DNA of 64,000 nt, from positions 57,903-121,902 of the forward strand of contig JAQURX010000003.1 of the NCBI GenBank assembly GCA_028715415.1, read 5' to 3'. The position numbers and the translations under genes are program-made. Positions 28,377 to 38,870 of this stretch are shown here, one piece after another. This stretch comes from Candidatus Omnitrophota bacterium. GTDB taxonomy: Bacteria; Omnitrophota; Gorgyraeia; Gygaellales; Profunditerraquicolaceae. The notes beneath the pieces were generated by a model. The model was not told where the DNA came from and searched no databases. It saw nothing but the letters and a program-made list of their open reading frames with translations. How positions within the stretch are numbered: position 1 is the first letter of the stretch; every line of letters begins with the position of its first letter.

Positions 28377-29211
28377 GGCTTGGTATAGAATAACGGATAT
28401 GCTCCCTTTTAGCTGGCCGCATTATGCTTTTATGAATAATGCGCTTCTGGCTGTTTTATTGGTTACTCCATTATTCGCGATATTAGGAACGATGGTAGTA
28501 AATAACCGCATGGTTTTCTTTACCGACGTATTGGGGCATTCCGCTCTTACCGGAATTGCTATAGGCGTACTTTTTGGCCTGCAAAACCCGACATTCCCAA
28601 TGATAATTCTGGCAGTGGTTCTAGCGGTTGCTATAAACCTTTTAAAGAATATAACCAAGGCTTCTTTAGATACTATCTTAGGTGTTTTATTTGCTTTTAT
28701 CGTTGCGCTTGGCATAGTTATTTTAAGCAGGCAGGGAGGATTTGTTAAGTATACAAATTATTTAATCGGAGATATCCTTACGGTAACGCCTAAAGAGATA
28801 GCTTGGTTTTTAGTGCTTGCACTGGTTGTTTTAGTTTATTGGTATGCGATAGGGAATGCCTTGGTATTAACAAGCGTAAATTCTTCTCTGGCCAGAAGCC
28901 GCATGATAAATACGTTTCTTATAGAGACCAGCTTCACAGTGCTTTTAGCGCTGGTTGTTATTATTTCAATAAAGCTCGTAGGTATTTTAATCATAAACTC
29001 ACTTTTAGTCTTGCCAGCTGCTGCATCGCGGAATTTTACGCGTAATATTTATTCATATACAATATGGGCGGTAATAATAAGTGTTATTTCAGGTATTTCA
29101 GGATTAATCGCTTCGTATTATTGGGGCACTGCCTCTGGAGCTACCATTGTTCTTTTTGCCACAGTATGTTTTGGCATAACTGCAATATTGGGAAGGCGGC
29201 TTAACAAATAA
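28363..29211 (+). CDS. znuB: zinc/manganese ABC transporter permease (ABC-3 family)
   Basis: Polytopic membrane protein following znuC. The ATG at 28363 with RBS AAGGCGG is preferred over the GTG at 28327 given in the ORF track. Confidence 0.75.
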   Translation: MAAIEAWYRITDMLPFSWPHYAFMNNALLAVLLVTPLFAILGTMVVNNRMVFFTDVLGHSALTGIAIGVLFGLQNPTFPMIILAVVLAVAINLLKNITKASLDTILGVLFAFIVALGIVILSRQGGFVKYTNYLIGDILTVTPKEIAWFLVLALVVLVYWYAIGNALVLTSVNSSLARSRMINTFLIETSFTVLLALVVIISIKLVGILIINSLLVLPAAASRNFTRNIYSYTIWAVIISVISGISGLIASYYWGTASGATIVLFATVCFGITAILGRRLNK

Positions 29212-29226
29212 CTTGTTTTATTAAAC

Positions 29227-30360
29227 ATGACTGTGGATTCCGAACTTAAAATTAAGATAGTAAATAAGATTAAAGAAATTCCCCGCCAAGACTGGGAGAA
29301 GGTATTCCCTCGAGTTTTGGAAAACTATAATTTTTTCAAAACTCTTGATGATTCTAATTTCCCTCAATTCTCATTTTTCTATATTATGGTTTATGAAAAA
29401 GAAAAGCCTGTTGGAGCAACCAGTTGTTTTATCATGAATTTCCCCTTAGATATTGCTGTTGAAGGAGCTTTTAAAAAGACTTTGAATTTTATAAAGCGTT
29501 TTTCCCCTTCATTCTTAAGCCCTAAGATTTTGATTTGTGGGTTGCCAATGGGGCAGGGTAGAATTGGGATTGCAGGAGACCCTAAGAGAGTAATCCCCGC
29601 TATATGCAAAGGTATGGAGCAAATCGCCCAAAAAAAGAAAATCGGAATTATTGCTTTTAAAGATTTTGTTTCTGACTACAAAAAGATGCTTGATATATCA
29701 TTGGATAGGGGCTTTTTAAAAATTCATTCTTTGCCATCAACCGATATGGACATTACCTTTTCAAGCTTTGACCACTATTTAAAATCTTTAAGTAGTGTTT
29801 CCCGCAGCGGATTGAAAAGAAAATTTAAAGAAATAGACGGCAAGGTAAAAATTGACCTGGAAATCAAGAATATCTTAGGGGATGATACGCTAAAAGAAGT
29901 GCACGCTCTCTATCTGCAGACTTATGAAAAACAGGATTTGGGGTTAGAAAAACTTACGGTTGATTTTTTCAGGAATGTTTCCAAGAATATGCCTGATGAA
30001 ACTAAGTTTTTCCTCTGGAAGATGGATAATAAATTAGTGGCATTTGCTTTTTGCCTCGTGTCCGGAGAGTATTTTATTGATTACTATTTGGGGTTTGATT
30101 ATTCAGTTGCCCATAAATACCATCTGTATTCTGTGCGATTCCGGGATTTGCTAAACTGGTGCATTCAAAACAAAATTAAGAAATATGAGATGGGGGTTAC
30201 TTCGTATGAACCAAAAAGAAGGTTAGGCTTTAAGCTCTTTCCTCTATATATCTATGTTAAGCACCGTAATAAGTTTTTTAATCCAATCTTCAGGGCTTTC
30301 TCCCGCCTCTTACAGCCGGCAAATTTCCACCCGATATTTAAGGAATTAAAGAAAAGTTAG
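29227..30360 (+). CDS. FemAB/BioF2-like GNAT-fold acyltransferase (Acetyltransf_6-like)
   Basis: 377 aa, soluble. Size and sequence style resemble the FemAB-like or exosortase-associated acyltransferase family. Assignment is from memory only, without motif-level certainty. Confidence 0.35.
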   Translation: MTVDSELKIKIVNKIKEIPRQDWEKVFPRVLENYNFFKTLDDSNFPQFSFFYIMVYEKEKPVGATSCFIMNFPLDIAVEGAFKKTLNFIKRFSPSFLSPKILICGLPMGQGRIGIAGDPKRVIPAICKGMEQIAQKKKIGIIAFKDFVSDYKKMLDISLDRGFLKIHSLPSTDMDITFSSFDHYLKSLSSVSRSGLKRKFKEIDGKVKIDLEIKNILGDDTLKEVHALYLQTYEKQDLGLEKLTVDFFRNVSKNMPDETKFFLWKMDNKLVAFAFCLVSGEYFIDYYLGFDYSVAHKYHLYSVRFRDLLNWCIQNKIKKYEMGVTSYEPKRRLGFKLFPLYIYVKHRNKFFNPIFRAFSRLLQPANFHPIFKELKKS

Positions 30361-30363
30361 ATT

Positions 30364-31971
30364 TTATTTTTTTTGGAAGATCGTAAAGGTTTGGTCATAT
30401 TGCAGGTAATCTCTCCCGGGGATAAAAAGGAGGGATTTTATTCTTTGTGAGCAATCAAAGACTCTTGCTTCCCGGTAATGCCTGTTTAAAATCTCTGGCA
30501 TTTGGTTTAATATTGTTAAGGCTTCAGAAGGTCTTAATACCAGCCAGTCAGGGTTAATTTCTGCGATGATTTTCGCCATTGAATCCTCCGGAAGCAATCT
30601 TTTTCTTGCAGCAATGACCTCATTAGAGGCGATTCCCGGGAAATCGAGCATTTTCAGCCCGGAAAAGAATCCAATGTAGCCTAATGGTTCAAGAAAAACA
30701 GTATCTTTATTTGATTTCGCGTGTTCTTTTAACCAGAGCCCGATTTGTTTGCGGCTCCCGGTTTCAATTATCTCTTGCTGCAGCCGTAATTGGTAAGAAG
30801 TTGCTAAAGTAAGAGATAGGTTGATGGATAATAAAATAAAGGCGGCAATATAGACGCTAAACACAATCTTTTTAGTAAAAGAGATAAGGCTTATTGCTTG
30901 TTGTAAAATTTGAGTAAGGACGAAAATACTTAGGAATATTACACTTGGAAGATACCAGGGGGCTATATAACTGGCTATATAACTAAGGTAAAAATGTGCG
31001 ATCATTAAGGCAAAAGATACGGCCCGTCCTTCTTTCCGCGCAAAAGGAAGTATCCAGTAAAAAGCACAGGCAAGCGCAATCGGCCCGCTATAATTAATTG
31101 CCAGAAATCCAAAATCACCCAAAGGTATGAAAGTAAAATAACATGATTTAAGCCCAAGAAAAAACCGGGAAGTCAGTGCCTTATCAGCGAAAGAAAAGAC
31201 ATTTAAATTGTTCCAATGATTCAAACCTTTAGCTATTATTGTGTGAGGAATGGGCGAGCCGTAATAATGCCAAGTCCAGAGAAGCCATGGCAGATACAAG
31301 ATTGTAACGATTGCCATGGCTTTTATGTAAGTTATGATTAGCCTTTTACGGGATTGTGCTTTCTCTATGACAGGGCTGAATAATAAATATCCAATTGCTA
31401 AACCAAAGATGTAGATAAATCCATCCGGCCTTGTATACATTAAGCCTGTCCAGGCAAGCCCAAGGTTTAAGGCGGGATGATGCGTCGGAACAGACATAAT
31501 ATAAATTATCCATGCTAGGAATATTATCATAAAAGCCGCTTCCATGCCGTTTATGCTAAAATCCAGGATAAAAGCATTTGTGCAAAACATGCCGATGAGG
31601 AATATGGCTGAGAATAAATATAACAGGCTTTGTTTAGCTATCCTTAATAATAAAACAGCAGTTAATCCAAGCAGGCAGCAGCCGATTAAACGGAAAATCC
31701 AGAGCACGAGCTCATCAGAAGAATTAAAAGTTATGAGATTCAGCAATGCTGGAAGCAAAGTTCCTATTGGAGAGGTAAAGGCGTGGATCTTTTCGCCCGG
31801 GGTATAGACGAGGCCGGATCCTTGGCTTAAATTCTTGCTGCAGCGGTAGGTGATATACCAGTCTTCCCAGGCGTGTTTTGTATAAATAGCAAAAGTAAGG
31901 CTGATTATAAAGGCAAATAAAAAGACAAGAAGGTAGGCTTGTTTATTTAGTTTGAGATGGCCGGGTAACAT
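30364..31971 (-). CDS. large polytopic membrane protein with C-terminal soluble domain (putative GT-C glycosyltransferase)
   Basis: 535 aa. About 11 predicted TM helices in the first ~400 aa, then a soluble tail. No catalytic motif identified. Confidence 0.3.
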   Translation of the reverse strand: MLPGHLKLNKQAYLLVFLFAFIISLTFAIYTKHAWEDWYITYRCSKNLSQGSGLVYTPGEKIHAFTSPIGTLLPALLNLITFNSSDELVLWIFRLIGCCLLGLTAVLLLRIAKQSLLYLFSAIFLIGMFCTNAFILDFSINGMEAAFMIIFLAWIIYIMSVPTHHPALNLGLAWTGLMYTRPDGFIYIFGLAIGYLLFSPVIEKAQSRKRLIITYIKAMAIVTILYLPWLLWTWHYYGSPIPHTIIAKGLNHWNNLNVFSFADKALTSRFFLGLKSCYFTFIPLGDFGFLAINYSGPIALACAFYWILPFARKEGRAVSFALMIAHFYLSYIASYIAPWYLPSVIFLSIFVLTQILQQAISLISFTKKIVFSVYIAAFILLSINLSLTLATSYQLRLQQEIIETGSRKQIGLWLKEHAKSNKDTVFLEPLGYIGFFSGLKMLDFPGIASNEVIAARKRLLPEDSMAKIIAEINPDWLVLRPSEALTILNQMPEILNRHYREARVFDCSQRIKSLLFIPGRDYLQYDQTFTIFQKK

Positions 31972-32091
31972 TAATTAATTTTACATTAACCAAGATAGGT
32001 TGTAAATACTAAATTGGTTAAGCTTTCAGGTTGACAATGATGAATGCGTATGTTATACTATATATCCGAATATTAAGAAATATGGAAATAT

Positions 32092-32415
32092 ATGAATGGC
32101 ATGGCTTATAAAATAAAAGCAGACTTCCTGAAAACACTGGCTCATCCTTTGCGCCTGCAGATCCTTGAGTTCTTGAAAAACAAAGAGGAAAATGTGGGCA
32201 ATATCGCAAAGAAATTGAATATCCCGCAGTCAAGCCTATCAAGGCATTTACTCGCGTTAAGGGAAGCCGGGATTTTAAGGTCTAAACAGCAAGGAACGGT
32301 TATTTACTATAATATAGAGGATAAAGGCATATTTCAGGTATTGCGTCCCATAGCAGAACTATTACGTAAAAAGTTAGAAAAGACAGCGACTGTATTGAAT
32401 AGTTTAGGTAAGTAA
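32092..32415 (+). CDS. ArsR/SmtB-family transcriptional regulator
   Basis: 107 aa. LAHPLRLQILEFL...NVGNIAKKLNIPQSSLSRHLLALREAGIL is the canonical ArsR HTH. Confidence 0.8.
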   Translation: MNGMAYKIKADFLKTLAHPLRLQILEFLKNKEENVGNIAKKLNIPQSSLSRHLLALREAGILRSKQQGTVIYYNIEDKGIFQVLRPIAELLRKKLEKTATVLNSLGK

Positions 32416-32495
32416 AAATTACGCTTCTAATTCAAAACGCAGTTATAGATTAAAGAAGTCCTGCCTTTTGCAAAATACCCTTAATTTTAAAAGAG

Positions 32496-34325
32496 ATGGA
32501 AAATTTATCGTTTAATTTATTGTTGGACGGGCTTTCTATATTTTTTCTGGCTGTGATTTTTATTGTTTCGCTGCCATCGGCAATTTACTCTATCGGTTAT
32601 TTAAACGGCGAAGCGGGTAAGGCAAAGAAAAATTTAGCATGGTTTTTGCTTGCTGCCTTTATAATCTCAATGGTGCTTGTGGTAACGGTAAATAATGCCC
32701 TGATTTTCCTTGTTGCTTGGGAAGTTATGTCGTTAGTCTCGTATTTTCTCGTTATATTTGACACAAAACACGAAAAATCTATTCAAGCAGGGACAATCTA
32801 TATTGTCATGACACATCTTGCGACAGCCTTTTTGGTTGCCGCATTTTTATTAATGTATAAACATGCCGGTTCATTCGATTTTCTTGCGATAAAAAACGCC
32901 TGCCTGGTGATGCCGAGGCAAACCCGTAACATTATATTTTTGTTGCTTTTGGCAGGCTTTGGTACCAAGGCGGGGATAGTTCCAATGCATATCTGGCTTC
33001 CTTACGCGCATAGCCAGGCGCCCAGCCACATTTCAAGTATCATGTCGGGTGTAATGATTAAAACCGCAATTTACGGAATACTCAGGTTTATATTCTTTAT
33101 CATGGGAGTTGATTGTACATGGTGGGGGATGTTGGTTATCAGCCTTGCGGTAATCTCCTGCCTCGTCGGAGTAATTTACGCTCTTATGGCCAATGACATA
33201 AAGAAATTGCTGGCTTATTCAAGTATCGAGAATATCGGGATTATATTCTTAGGAATAGGATTGTCCATGTTTTTCATAAACCTGAAAATGCCTTTTTTAG
33301 CGGTTTTTTCTTTGATAGCAGGTTTGTATCACCTGATTAATCATGCGATCTTTAAGGGATTATTGTTTTTATGCGCCGGCAGCATTTATAAAGCTACCGG
33401 AACGCGCGATATAGAAAAATTAGGCGGGTTGATCAAGAGAATGCCGCAAACCGCAATTTGTTTTCTGCTGGGAGCAATGGCAATTTCAGCGCTTCCTCCT
33501 TTAAACGGATTTGTTAGTGAATGGCTTACTTTGCAGGCTTTTTTCCTGGGTGCCCTTAATGTTCAAGGCTCGGCAAAACTATTCTTAGGTTTCTCTGCGG
33601 CTATGCTCGCCCTAACCAGCGGGTTGGCAGTTGCCTGTTTTGTGAAAGCTTTCGGAGTGACGTTTTTAGCGCTACCCCGTAGCCGTTATGCAAAAGAGGC
33701 GAAAGAGGTTTCATTTACTATGAAGGCAGCGATGTTCTTCTTATCGGCCCTGACCGTTATTTTCGGTTTGTTAGCCGGGTTTATTATGAAATTGTTGGCA
33801 AAAACCGCCAGTGCCGCAACAGGGATAGATTCACGCGGTTTTAGTTTTTCTGTGAATAATTTTACCTTGTCACCGGAGATAGGGAAAAACATTTACCTAT
33901 CTATACCTTTAATTTTAATCGTGTTAATTGGTTTTGGGTTGATAGCATTTAGCGTGTATAGGCTCTTTGGCAGGCAAAGAGAGGTAATTTATAATACTTG
34001 GGATTGCGGTTACTATAAGCTGGGTTCGCACAATGAATACACCGCCACCGCTTTTTCAAAACCATTCAGAATCGCCTTTAGTTTTTTTCTTCTTCCATAT
34101 CATAAGGCGCAGAAAATCCGTGATTCATTTTACCACGTTAAATCATTTGCTTATGAAACATATACAACACCAGTTTTTAAGAAATATATTTATCAGCCTC
34201 TCTTAGCGGTAGTTTTTAAAACAGCCAAATCTATGAGAAGGATACAGCCGGGGAGCATACATCTATATCTGGCATATATTTTTGCTACTGTTTTGTTGCT
34301 GATCATATTCATAAACAAATTTTAA
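32496..34325 (+). CDS. group-4 hydrogenase/complex I-like antiporter-type membrane subunit (HyfB/NuoL-like)
   Basis: 609 aa. WLPYAHSQAPSHISSIMSGVMIKTAIYGILR is the Mrp/NuoL/HyfB motif. Confidence 0.75.
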   Translation: MENLSFNLLLDGLSIFFLAVIFIVSLPSAIYSIGYLNGEAGKAKKNLAWFLLAAFIISMVLVVTVNNALIFLVAWEVMSLVSYFLVIFDTKHEKSIQAGTIYIVMTHLATAFLVAAFLLMYKHAGSFDFLAIKNACLVMPRQTRNIIFLLLLAGFGTKAGIVPMHIWLPYAHSQAPSHISSIMSGVMIKTAIYGILRFIFFIMGVDCTWWGMLVISLAVISCLVGVIYALMANDIKKLLAYSSIENIGIIFLGIGLSMFFINLKMPFLAVFSLIAGLYHLINHAIFKGLLFLCAGSIYKATGTRDIEKLGGLIKRMPQTAICFLLGAMAISALPPLNGFVSEWLTLQAFFLGALNVQGSAKLFLGFSAAMLALTSGLAVACFVKAFGVTFLALPRSRYAKEAKEVSFTMKAAMFFLSALTVIFGLLAGFIMKLLAKTASAATGIDSRGFSFSVNNFTLSPEIGKNIYLSIPLILIVLIGFGLIAFSVYRLFGRQREVIYNTWDCGYYKLGSHNEYTATAFSKPFRIAFSFFLLPYHKAQKIRDSFYHVKSFAYETYTTPVFKKYIYQPLLAVVFKTAKSMRRIQPGSIHLYLAYIFATVLLLIIFINKF

Positions 34326-34326
34326 A

Positions 34327-35226
34327 ATGAAGATATTGATTATTTTCCTACAATTAGGTTTATTCTTGGTTATCCCGCCGTTTTTGAGCGGATTAATTAC
34401 TAAGGTAAAAAACAACCTCAGGATGCGTAAGGGCCAGAGTATGTTTCAGCCCTATTACAATTTGGCAAAACTTTTTTCTAAAGACGAGGTAGTTTCCGAA
34501 ACAGCTTCATGGGTATTTAAAATAACGCCTTTTGTTGTAATTTCTTCTTCTTTGGCTGCCGCGGCAATGATTGTTACCGGCAATATGGCAGATTTCCTGG
34601 CGCTCATATTTGTTTTTGCTTTGGGTAGGTTTTTTATCTGCCTTGCGGCATTAGACGCGGGGAGTTCCTTTGGCGGCATGGGTTCATCAAGGGAGATGTT
34701 TATATCTAGCTTAGTTGAACCCGCTATCTGTTTAGTGATCTTTTCTTTATCTTTGCAGTTTGGTTCAACAAATTTTTTAGCATTTACCGGCACCCATTCG
34801 ATATCTGTCGCTTCATTAGTTTCGGCTGTTGCATTATTTCTTATAACAATTGCGGAAACCTCGCGAGTTCCTATTGATAATCAGGAAACTCATCTTGAGT
34901 TAACTATGATACATGAAGCAATGATTTTGGAATATTCCGGAAGAAGGCTTGCTTTAATAGAAATGGCCTCTTATATAAAACAGATGGTTCTTTTTTTTCT
35001 AATCGCTCAGATTGTTTTCCCGGTTTGCCTGCCGCAGGGTGCAACTTTAACGGTGCATGCTTTTTGGTGGGTATGGTATTTAGCGAGGCTGTTCTTCATT
35101 GCCGTCGTCGTAGCTTTTGTGGAAGTATCGGTTGCAAAAATGCGGCTTTTTAGAGTCGCGGATTTTATCTGGTTTGCTTTTGTCTTAGGGATTATCGCGA
35201 CAATATGCGCCATTTTGGGAGTTTGA
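34327..35226 (+). CDS. HycD/HyfC/NuoH-like membrane subunit
   Basis: 299 aa. N-terminus PPFLSGLITKVKNNLRMRKGQSMFQPYYNLAKLF resembles NuoH/HycD. Confidence 0.7.
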   Translation: MKILIIFLQLGLFLVIPPFLSGLITKVKNNLRMRKGQSMFQPYYNLAKLFSKDEVVSETASWVFKITPFVVISSSLAAAAMIVTGNMADFLALIFVFALGRFFICLAALDAGSSFGGMGSSREMFISSLVEPAICLVIFSLSLQFGSTNFLAFTGTHSISVASLVSAVALFLITIAETSRVPIDNQETHLELTMIHEAMILEYSGRRLALIEMASYIKQMVLFFLIAQIVFPVCLPQGATLTVHAFWWVWYLARLFFIAVVVAFVEVSVAKMRLFRVADFIWFAFVLGIIATICAILGV

Positions 35227-35227
35227 T

Positions 35228-35863
35228 ATGCAGTTAATAATCTTATTCGGGGTTTTGGTTTCAACATATTTAATGGTAATAGCTAAAAGGATCCCGGCTT
35301 TAATCCGTGGTTTTCGCTACCAGTCATTTTGTTTGTTTTTGGTGACTTTTTTTATAGCCTTACACGAACATGAGCTTGATTTATTTATCGTTGCAGGATT
35401 ATTGTTTATCCTAAAGGTGTCTCTTATACCTTTTTTACTATATCGCATCGTCAGGAGAATTAAAGTAAATGAAGATTTAGGGTTATTTATTAACGCGCAA
35501 TTGTCTTTATTGTTTGCTTTAGGGTTTACATATTTATCGTGGGTTTTTACTATGTATTTGATTGGCCCGGGGAATGAAAGATTCGGCATAATATTGGCGG
35601 TTGCATTTTTTATAGTATTAGCAGGCTTATTCTTGATGATATTTAGAATGACGGCGCTTGCCCAGATTGTCGGCCTTTTAGTAATGGAAAATGGTTTATT
35701 CCTGCTTGCTTCAACCATATCCGGAGGAATGCCGTTTTTTGTGGAGATTGCGATATTTTTTGATGTTTTTGTGAGTATTCTTATTATGGGATTTTTTGTG
35801 TATAGAATCAACAAGCTTTTTACGCATATTGACGTAAATAAGCTCTCAAGGCTTAGAGGGTAA
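35228..35863 (+). CDS. HyfE-like small membrane subunit
   Basis: 211 aa. Six-TM hydrophobic protein positioned as HyfE is in hyf operons. Assigned by position and size. Confidence 0.5.
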   Translation: MQLIILFGVLVSTYLMVIAKRIPALIRGFRYQSFCLFLVTFFIALHEHELDLFIVAGLLFILKVSLIPFLLYRIVRRIKVNEDLGLFINAQLSLLFALGFTYLSWVFTMYLIGPGNERFGIILAVAFFIVLAGLFLMIFRMTALAQIVGLLVMENGLFLLASTISGGMPFFVEIAIFFDVFVSILIMGFFVYRINKLFTHIDVNKLSRLRG

Positions 35864-35865
35864 TT

Positions 35866-37323
35866 ATGGAAATATTTTTTATTCTCGGGATTCCCGTTCT
35901 TCTTGCCATAGGGGCAGCGCTAATTAGAAACTTGAAGATTGCGGGGATGTTTAATTCTATCGGGTATTTATTGATATTGATTTTAAGCATAGTTTTATTA
36001 AAGAAGGTGCCGTTATCCGAAGGCGTTGAATCCCACTTTGGTTTTATTTATTTGGACACATTAAGCGTATTTTTTATTTTTGTTATTTCGGTGGTGGCTT
36101 TTGCCGCTTCGCTTTATTCCATCTCTTATATTAAAAAAGACTTAGAGAAGGGGATAATCTCTCAAAGAAAAGCAAAGATTTATTATATCCTCTTTAATTT
36201 TTTCTGTTTATCAATGCTTTTTGTGCCTTCAGTAAATAATATGGGTATTCTTTGGGTGGCTATTGAAATGACCACGCTTATTTCTGCTTTTCTCGTTGGC
36301 TTTTACAACACCAAAGAGTCGGTTGAGGCTGCCTGGAAATATATTATTATCTGTTCGGTTGGGATTATCCTTGCTCTTTTAGGCACAATACTTTTCTATT
36401 TTGCTTTTTCGTTTTCCGGAGGGATAAAAAGCCTGAATTGGTCGGACATGGTTATGTCCGCAGGGAAAATGGACAAGAATATCTTGAAAATCGCCTTTAT
36501 TTTTATTGTGGTTGGTTATGGGACAAAAGCAGGGCTTGCCCCCATGCATACCTGGCTTCCTGACGCACATAGCCAGGCAGTTTCTCCGATAAGTGCGCTT
36601 TTATCCGGAGTTTTACTGAAGACCGCGATATATGCAATTTTAAGATTCGGCATCATCATTATTAAAGCGGTTGGGTTTGCGTTTTTTGGGAAGATTATGA
36701 TTCTATTTGGAGTTGTTTCTCTGGTTATTTCAGCAGGTTTTATTATCGTCCAGAAAGATTTAAAACGCCTTCTTGCCTACAGCAGTATTGAGCACATCGG
36801 TATTATTGCCATTGGTTTTGGCCTTGGCAATGTTCTGGGAGTCATCGGTGCGCTGCTGCATGTTTTTAATCACGCGGTAACCAAGTCGCTCATGTTTTTC
36901 GGAGCAGGAAATATTGTAAGTGTTTATAAAAAACATAATATGAATTCTATCCGCGGGGTGATAAAAGTGTTGCCATTTACCGGTATTATGCTGTTGTTGG
37001 GTACTTTTGCCCTTACAGGGTTCCCGCCGTTTTCAATTTTTATCAGCGAAATTATAATACTTATCGGAGCTTTTCTAAACGGCTCTTATTTAATTGCAGG
37101 ATTAATGCTATTATTCCTGGCAGTAATTTTTAGTGCTTTTATCTATCATTTTGGAAAGATGCTTTTTGGTAATCTGCCTAAGGATATGGTTAAAGTTCAA
37201 GAGCCGCTGAGCGGAAAGATAGCATTTTTATTTTTGTTCTTCCAGATTTGCGCTTTGGGCCTTGTCATCCCATTTATAAAGAAGGATTTAATATGGATTG
37301 CACAGAAATTATTTCAGGGATAA
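35866..37323 (+). CDS. HyfF/NuoN-like antiporter-type membrane subunit
   Basis: 485 aa. WLPDAHSQAVSPISALLSGVLLKTAIYAILR. Confidence 0.7.
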   Translation: MEIFFILGIPVLLAIGAALIRNLKIAGMFNSIGYLLILILSIVLLKKVPLSEGVESHFGFIYLDTLSVFFIFVISVVAFAASLYSISYIKKDLEKGIISQRKAKIYYILFNFFCLSMLFVPSVNNMGILWVAIEMTTLISAFLVGFYNTKESVEAAWKYIIICSVGIILALLGTILFYFAFSFSGGIKSLNWSDMVMSAGKMDKNILKIAFIFIVVGYGTKAGLAPMHTWLPDAHSQAVSPISALLSGVLLKTAIYAILRFGIIIIKAVGFAFFGKIMILFGVVSLVISAGFIIVQKDLKRLLAYSSIEHIGIIAIGFGLGNVLGVIGALLHVFNHAVTKSLMFFGAGNIVSVYKKHNMNSIRGVIKVLPFTGIMLLLGTFALTGFPPFSIFISEIIILIGAFLNGSYLIAGLMLLFLAVIFSAFIYHFGKMLFGNLPKDMVKVQEPLSGKIAFLFLFFQICALGLVIPFIKKDLIWIAQKLFQG

Positions 37324-38867
37324 AAAACAAATTTCCGGGTTTCTCTGCGCTCTCTGTCTCGGAGGAATTCACAGACGAGGTTTGTTTAAAAGTAGCTCCG
37401 GAGAATTTTAAGGAGGCTTGTTTTGCGTTACATAAAACTCTTCCTTCTCCTGTAATGATGCTTTTTGCCGAGGATGAGCGTCGGGAGTCAAATAAATTTG
37501 TAGTTCATTGTGTATTTGTAAGTTTCAAGAGAAGCCAGTGGGTCAGGTTAAGCATGGATATCCCAAAGGATAATCCAGCTTTTGATTCTATCGCAAAGAA
37601 TATTTATTCAGCGAATCTATTTGAGAGAGAAATTTGGGAGATGTTTGGTATTGAGCCAAAAGGAAACCCTGACCTAAGGCATCTTAGCTTGCACGATGAG
37701 GTTTGCCCCGCGGGGAATTATCCTCTACGCAAGGATTTTAAGAAAATAGAAAACGGAAATTTAAGCGAATATAAATTCGGCAGGGTAGAAGGAGATGGGA
37801 TATTTGAAGTTCCTGTTGGCCCTGTGCACGCGGGAATTATCGGGCCCGGGCATTTCAGATTTAGCGTTGCCGGGGAGCCGATAATCAACTTGGAATTAAG
37901 GCTCGGGTTTACCCATCGGGGAGTAGAAAAGCTTTTTGAGGGGAAAACCTGCCTTGAAGCGATAAAAATTGCTGAACGCGTTTCCGGAGATTCTTCTTTT
38001 GCGCATAGTTTAGCATTTGCTAATGCTGCAGAAAAAATTTCCAATATCACAATTTCTAAACAAACCGCTTATCTTCGCGCAATATTCCTTGAGCTTGAGA
38101 GGATGTATAATCATGTGAATGATATGGGAGGAATCGCTCTTGATGTAAGCTTTAGTTTTGCATCAGCGTATGCTTCGATAATAAAAGAGGCGATCTTGCA
38201 ATTAAACGAATTGCTTACTGCAAGCAGGTATCTTAAAGGAGTTAATACGATAGGAGGGGTTTCATCTGGCACCGGCATTAAGAAAGAAATATTTTTTGAT
38301 TCGCTTAATAAAATTGAGAATGATTTTTGTGAATTTGAGAAAATTTTAAGCTCCAGCGTTTCTTTTATGGATAGGGTGGATACTACCGGGGTATTAAGAA
38401 GGAAAACCGCGGAAGATTTGGGAATAGTGGGTTTTGCGGGAAGAGCCTCGGGAATACCCACGGATTTAAGAAAATATTTCCCCGGAGTGTATAAAGAGGC
38501 AAAATTCAAAATGATCTTACAAGAGTCTGGTGATGTTTTAGCAAGGCTGCGCCTTAGAATTGAGGAATTCAAGGAATCTGTCAGGCTTATAAGGGAATTT
38601 ACGGAAAAACTCAATCAGAATGAAGAAGCTGTGGTAAATCCGCAATATAAAGAAGGATGCGCTTTAGGTTATGTTGAAGCCTGGCGCGGGCCTGTTTTAT
38701 ATTGGCTTAAAACAGGTTCCAATGGATTGATACAAAGATGTAAAATCGTAGATCCTTCTTTTCGCAACTGGCAGGGATTGTCATACGCGGTGTTAGGAAA
38801 CATTATCCCGGACTTTCCTCTTTGTAATAAGAGTTTTGATTTGTCGTATTCAGGAAACGACCTTTAA
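37293..38867 (+). CDS. NuoC-NuoD fusion / [NiFe]-hydrogenase large-subunit homologue LACKING the Ni-Fe cysteine ligands (Ehr-type)
   Basis: N-terminal NuoC-like region (NLFEREIWEMFGIEPKGNPDLRHL). Large-subunit core GPVHAGIIGPGHFRF. At the L1 position RVSGDSSFAHS replaces RxCGxCxxxH. At the C-terminal L2 position DPSFRNW replaces DPCxxCxxH. Start taken as the ATG at 37293 (RBS GAAGGA) rather than 37248. Confidence 0.75.
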   Translation: MDCTEIISGIKNKFPGFSALSVSEEFTDEVCLKVAPENFKEACFALHKTLPSPVMMLFAEDERRESNKFVVHCVFVSFKRSQWVRLSMDIPKDNPAFDSIAKNIYSANLFEREIWEMFGIEPKGNPDLRHLSLHDEVCPAGNYPLRKDFKKIENGNLSEYKFGRVEGDGIFEVPVGPVHAGIIGPGHFRFSVAGEPIINLELRLGFTHRGVEKLFEGKTCLEAIKIAERVSGDSSFAHSLAFANAAEKISNITISKQTAYLRAIFLELERMYNHVNDMGGIALDVSFSFASAYASIIKEAILQLNELLTASRYLKGVNTIGGVSSGTGIKKEIFFDSLNKIENDFCEFEKILSSSVSFMDRVDTTGVLRRKTAEDLGIVGFAGRASGIPTDLRKYFPGVYKEAKFKMILQESGDVLARLRLRIEEFKESVRLIREFTEKLNQNEEAVVNPQYKEGCALGYVEAWRGPVLYWLKTGSNGLIQRCKIVDPSFRNWQGLSYAVLGNIIPDFPLCNKSFDLSYSGNDL

Positions 38868-38870
38868 ATT

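Noticed and set aside
35317-35814. 165-aa minus-strand ORF antisense to the HyfE-like gene
   Set aside because: It is the shadow frame of a hydrophobic membrane-protein gene, with a Lys/Asn/Ile-rich composition and no motifs.
37248-37292. ORF-track start at 37248 for the NuoCD-like large subunit
   Set aside because: It overlaps the HyfF-like gene by 76 nt. The ATG at 37293 with RBS GAAGGA gives a typical NuoC-like N-terminus.
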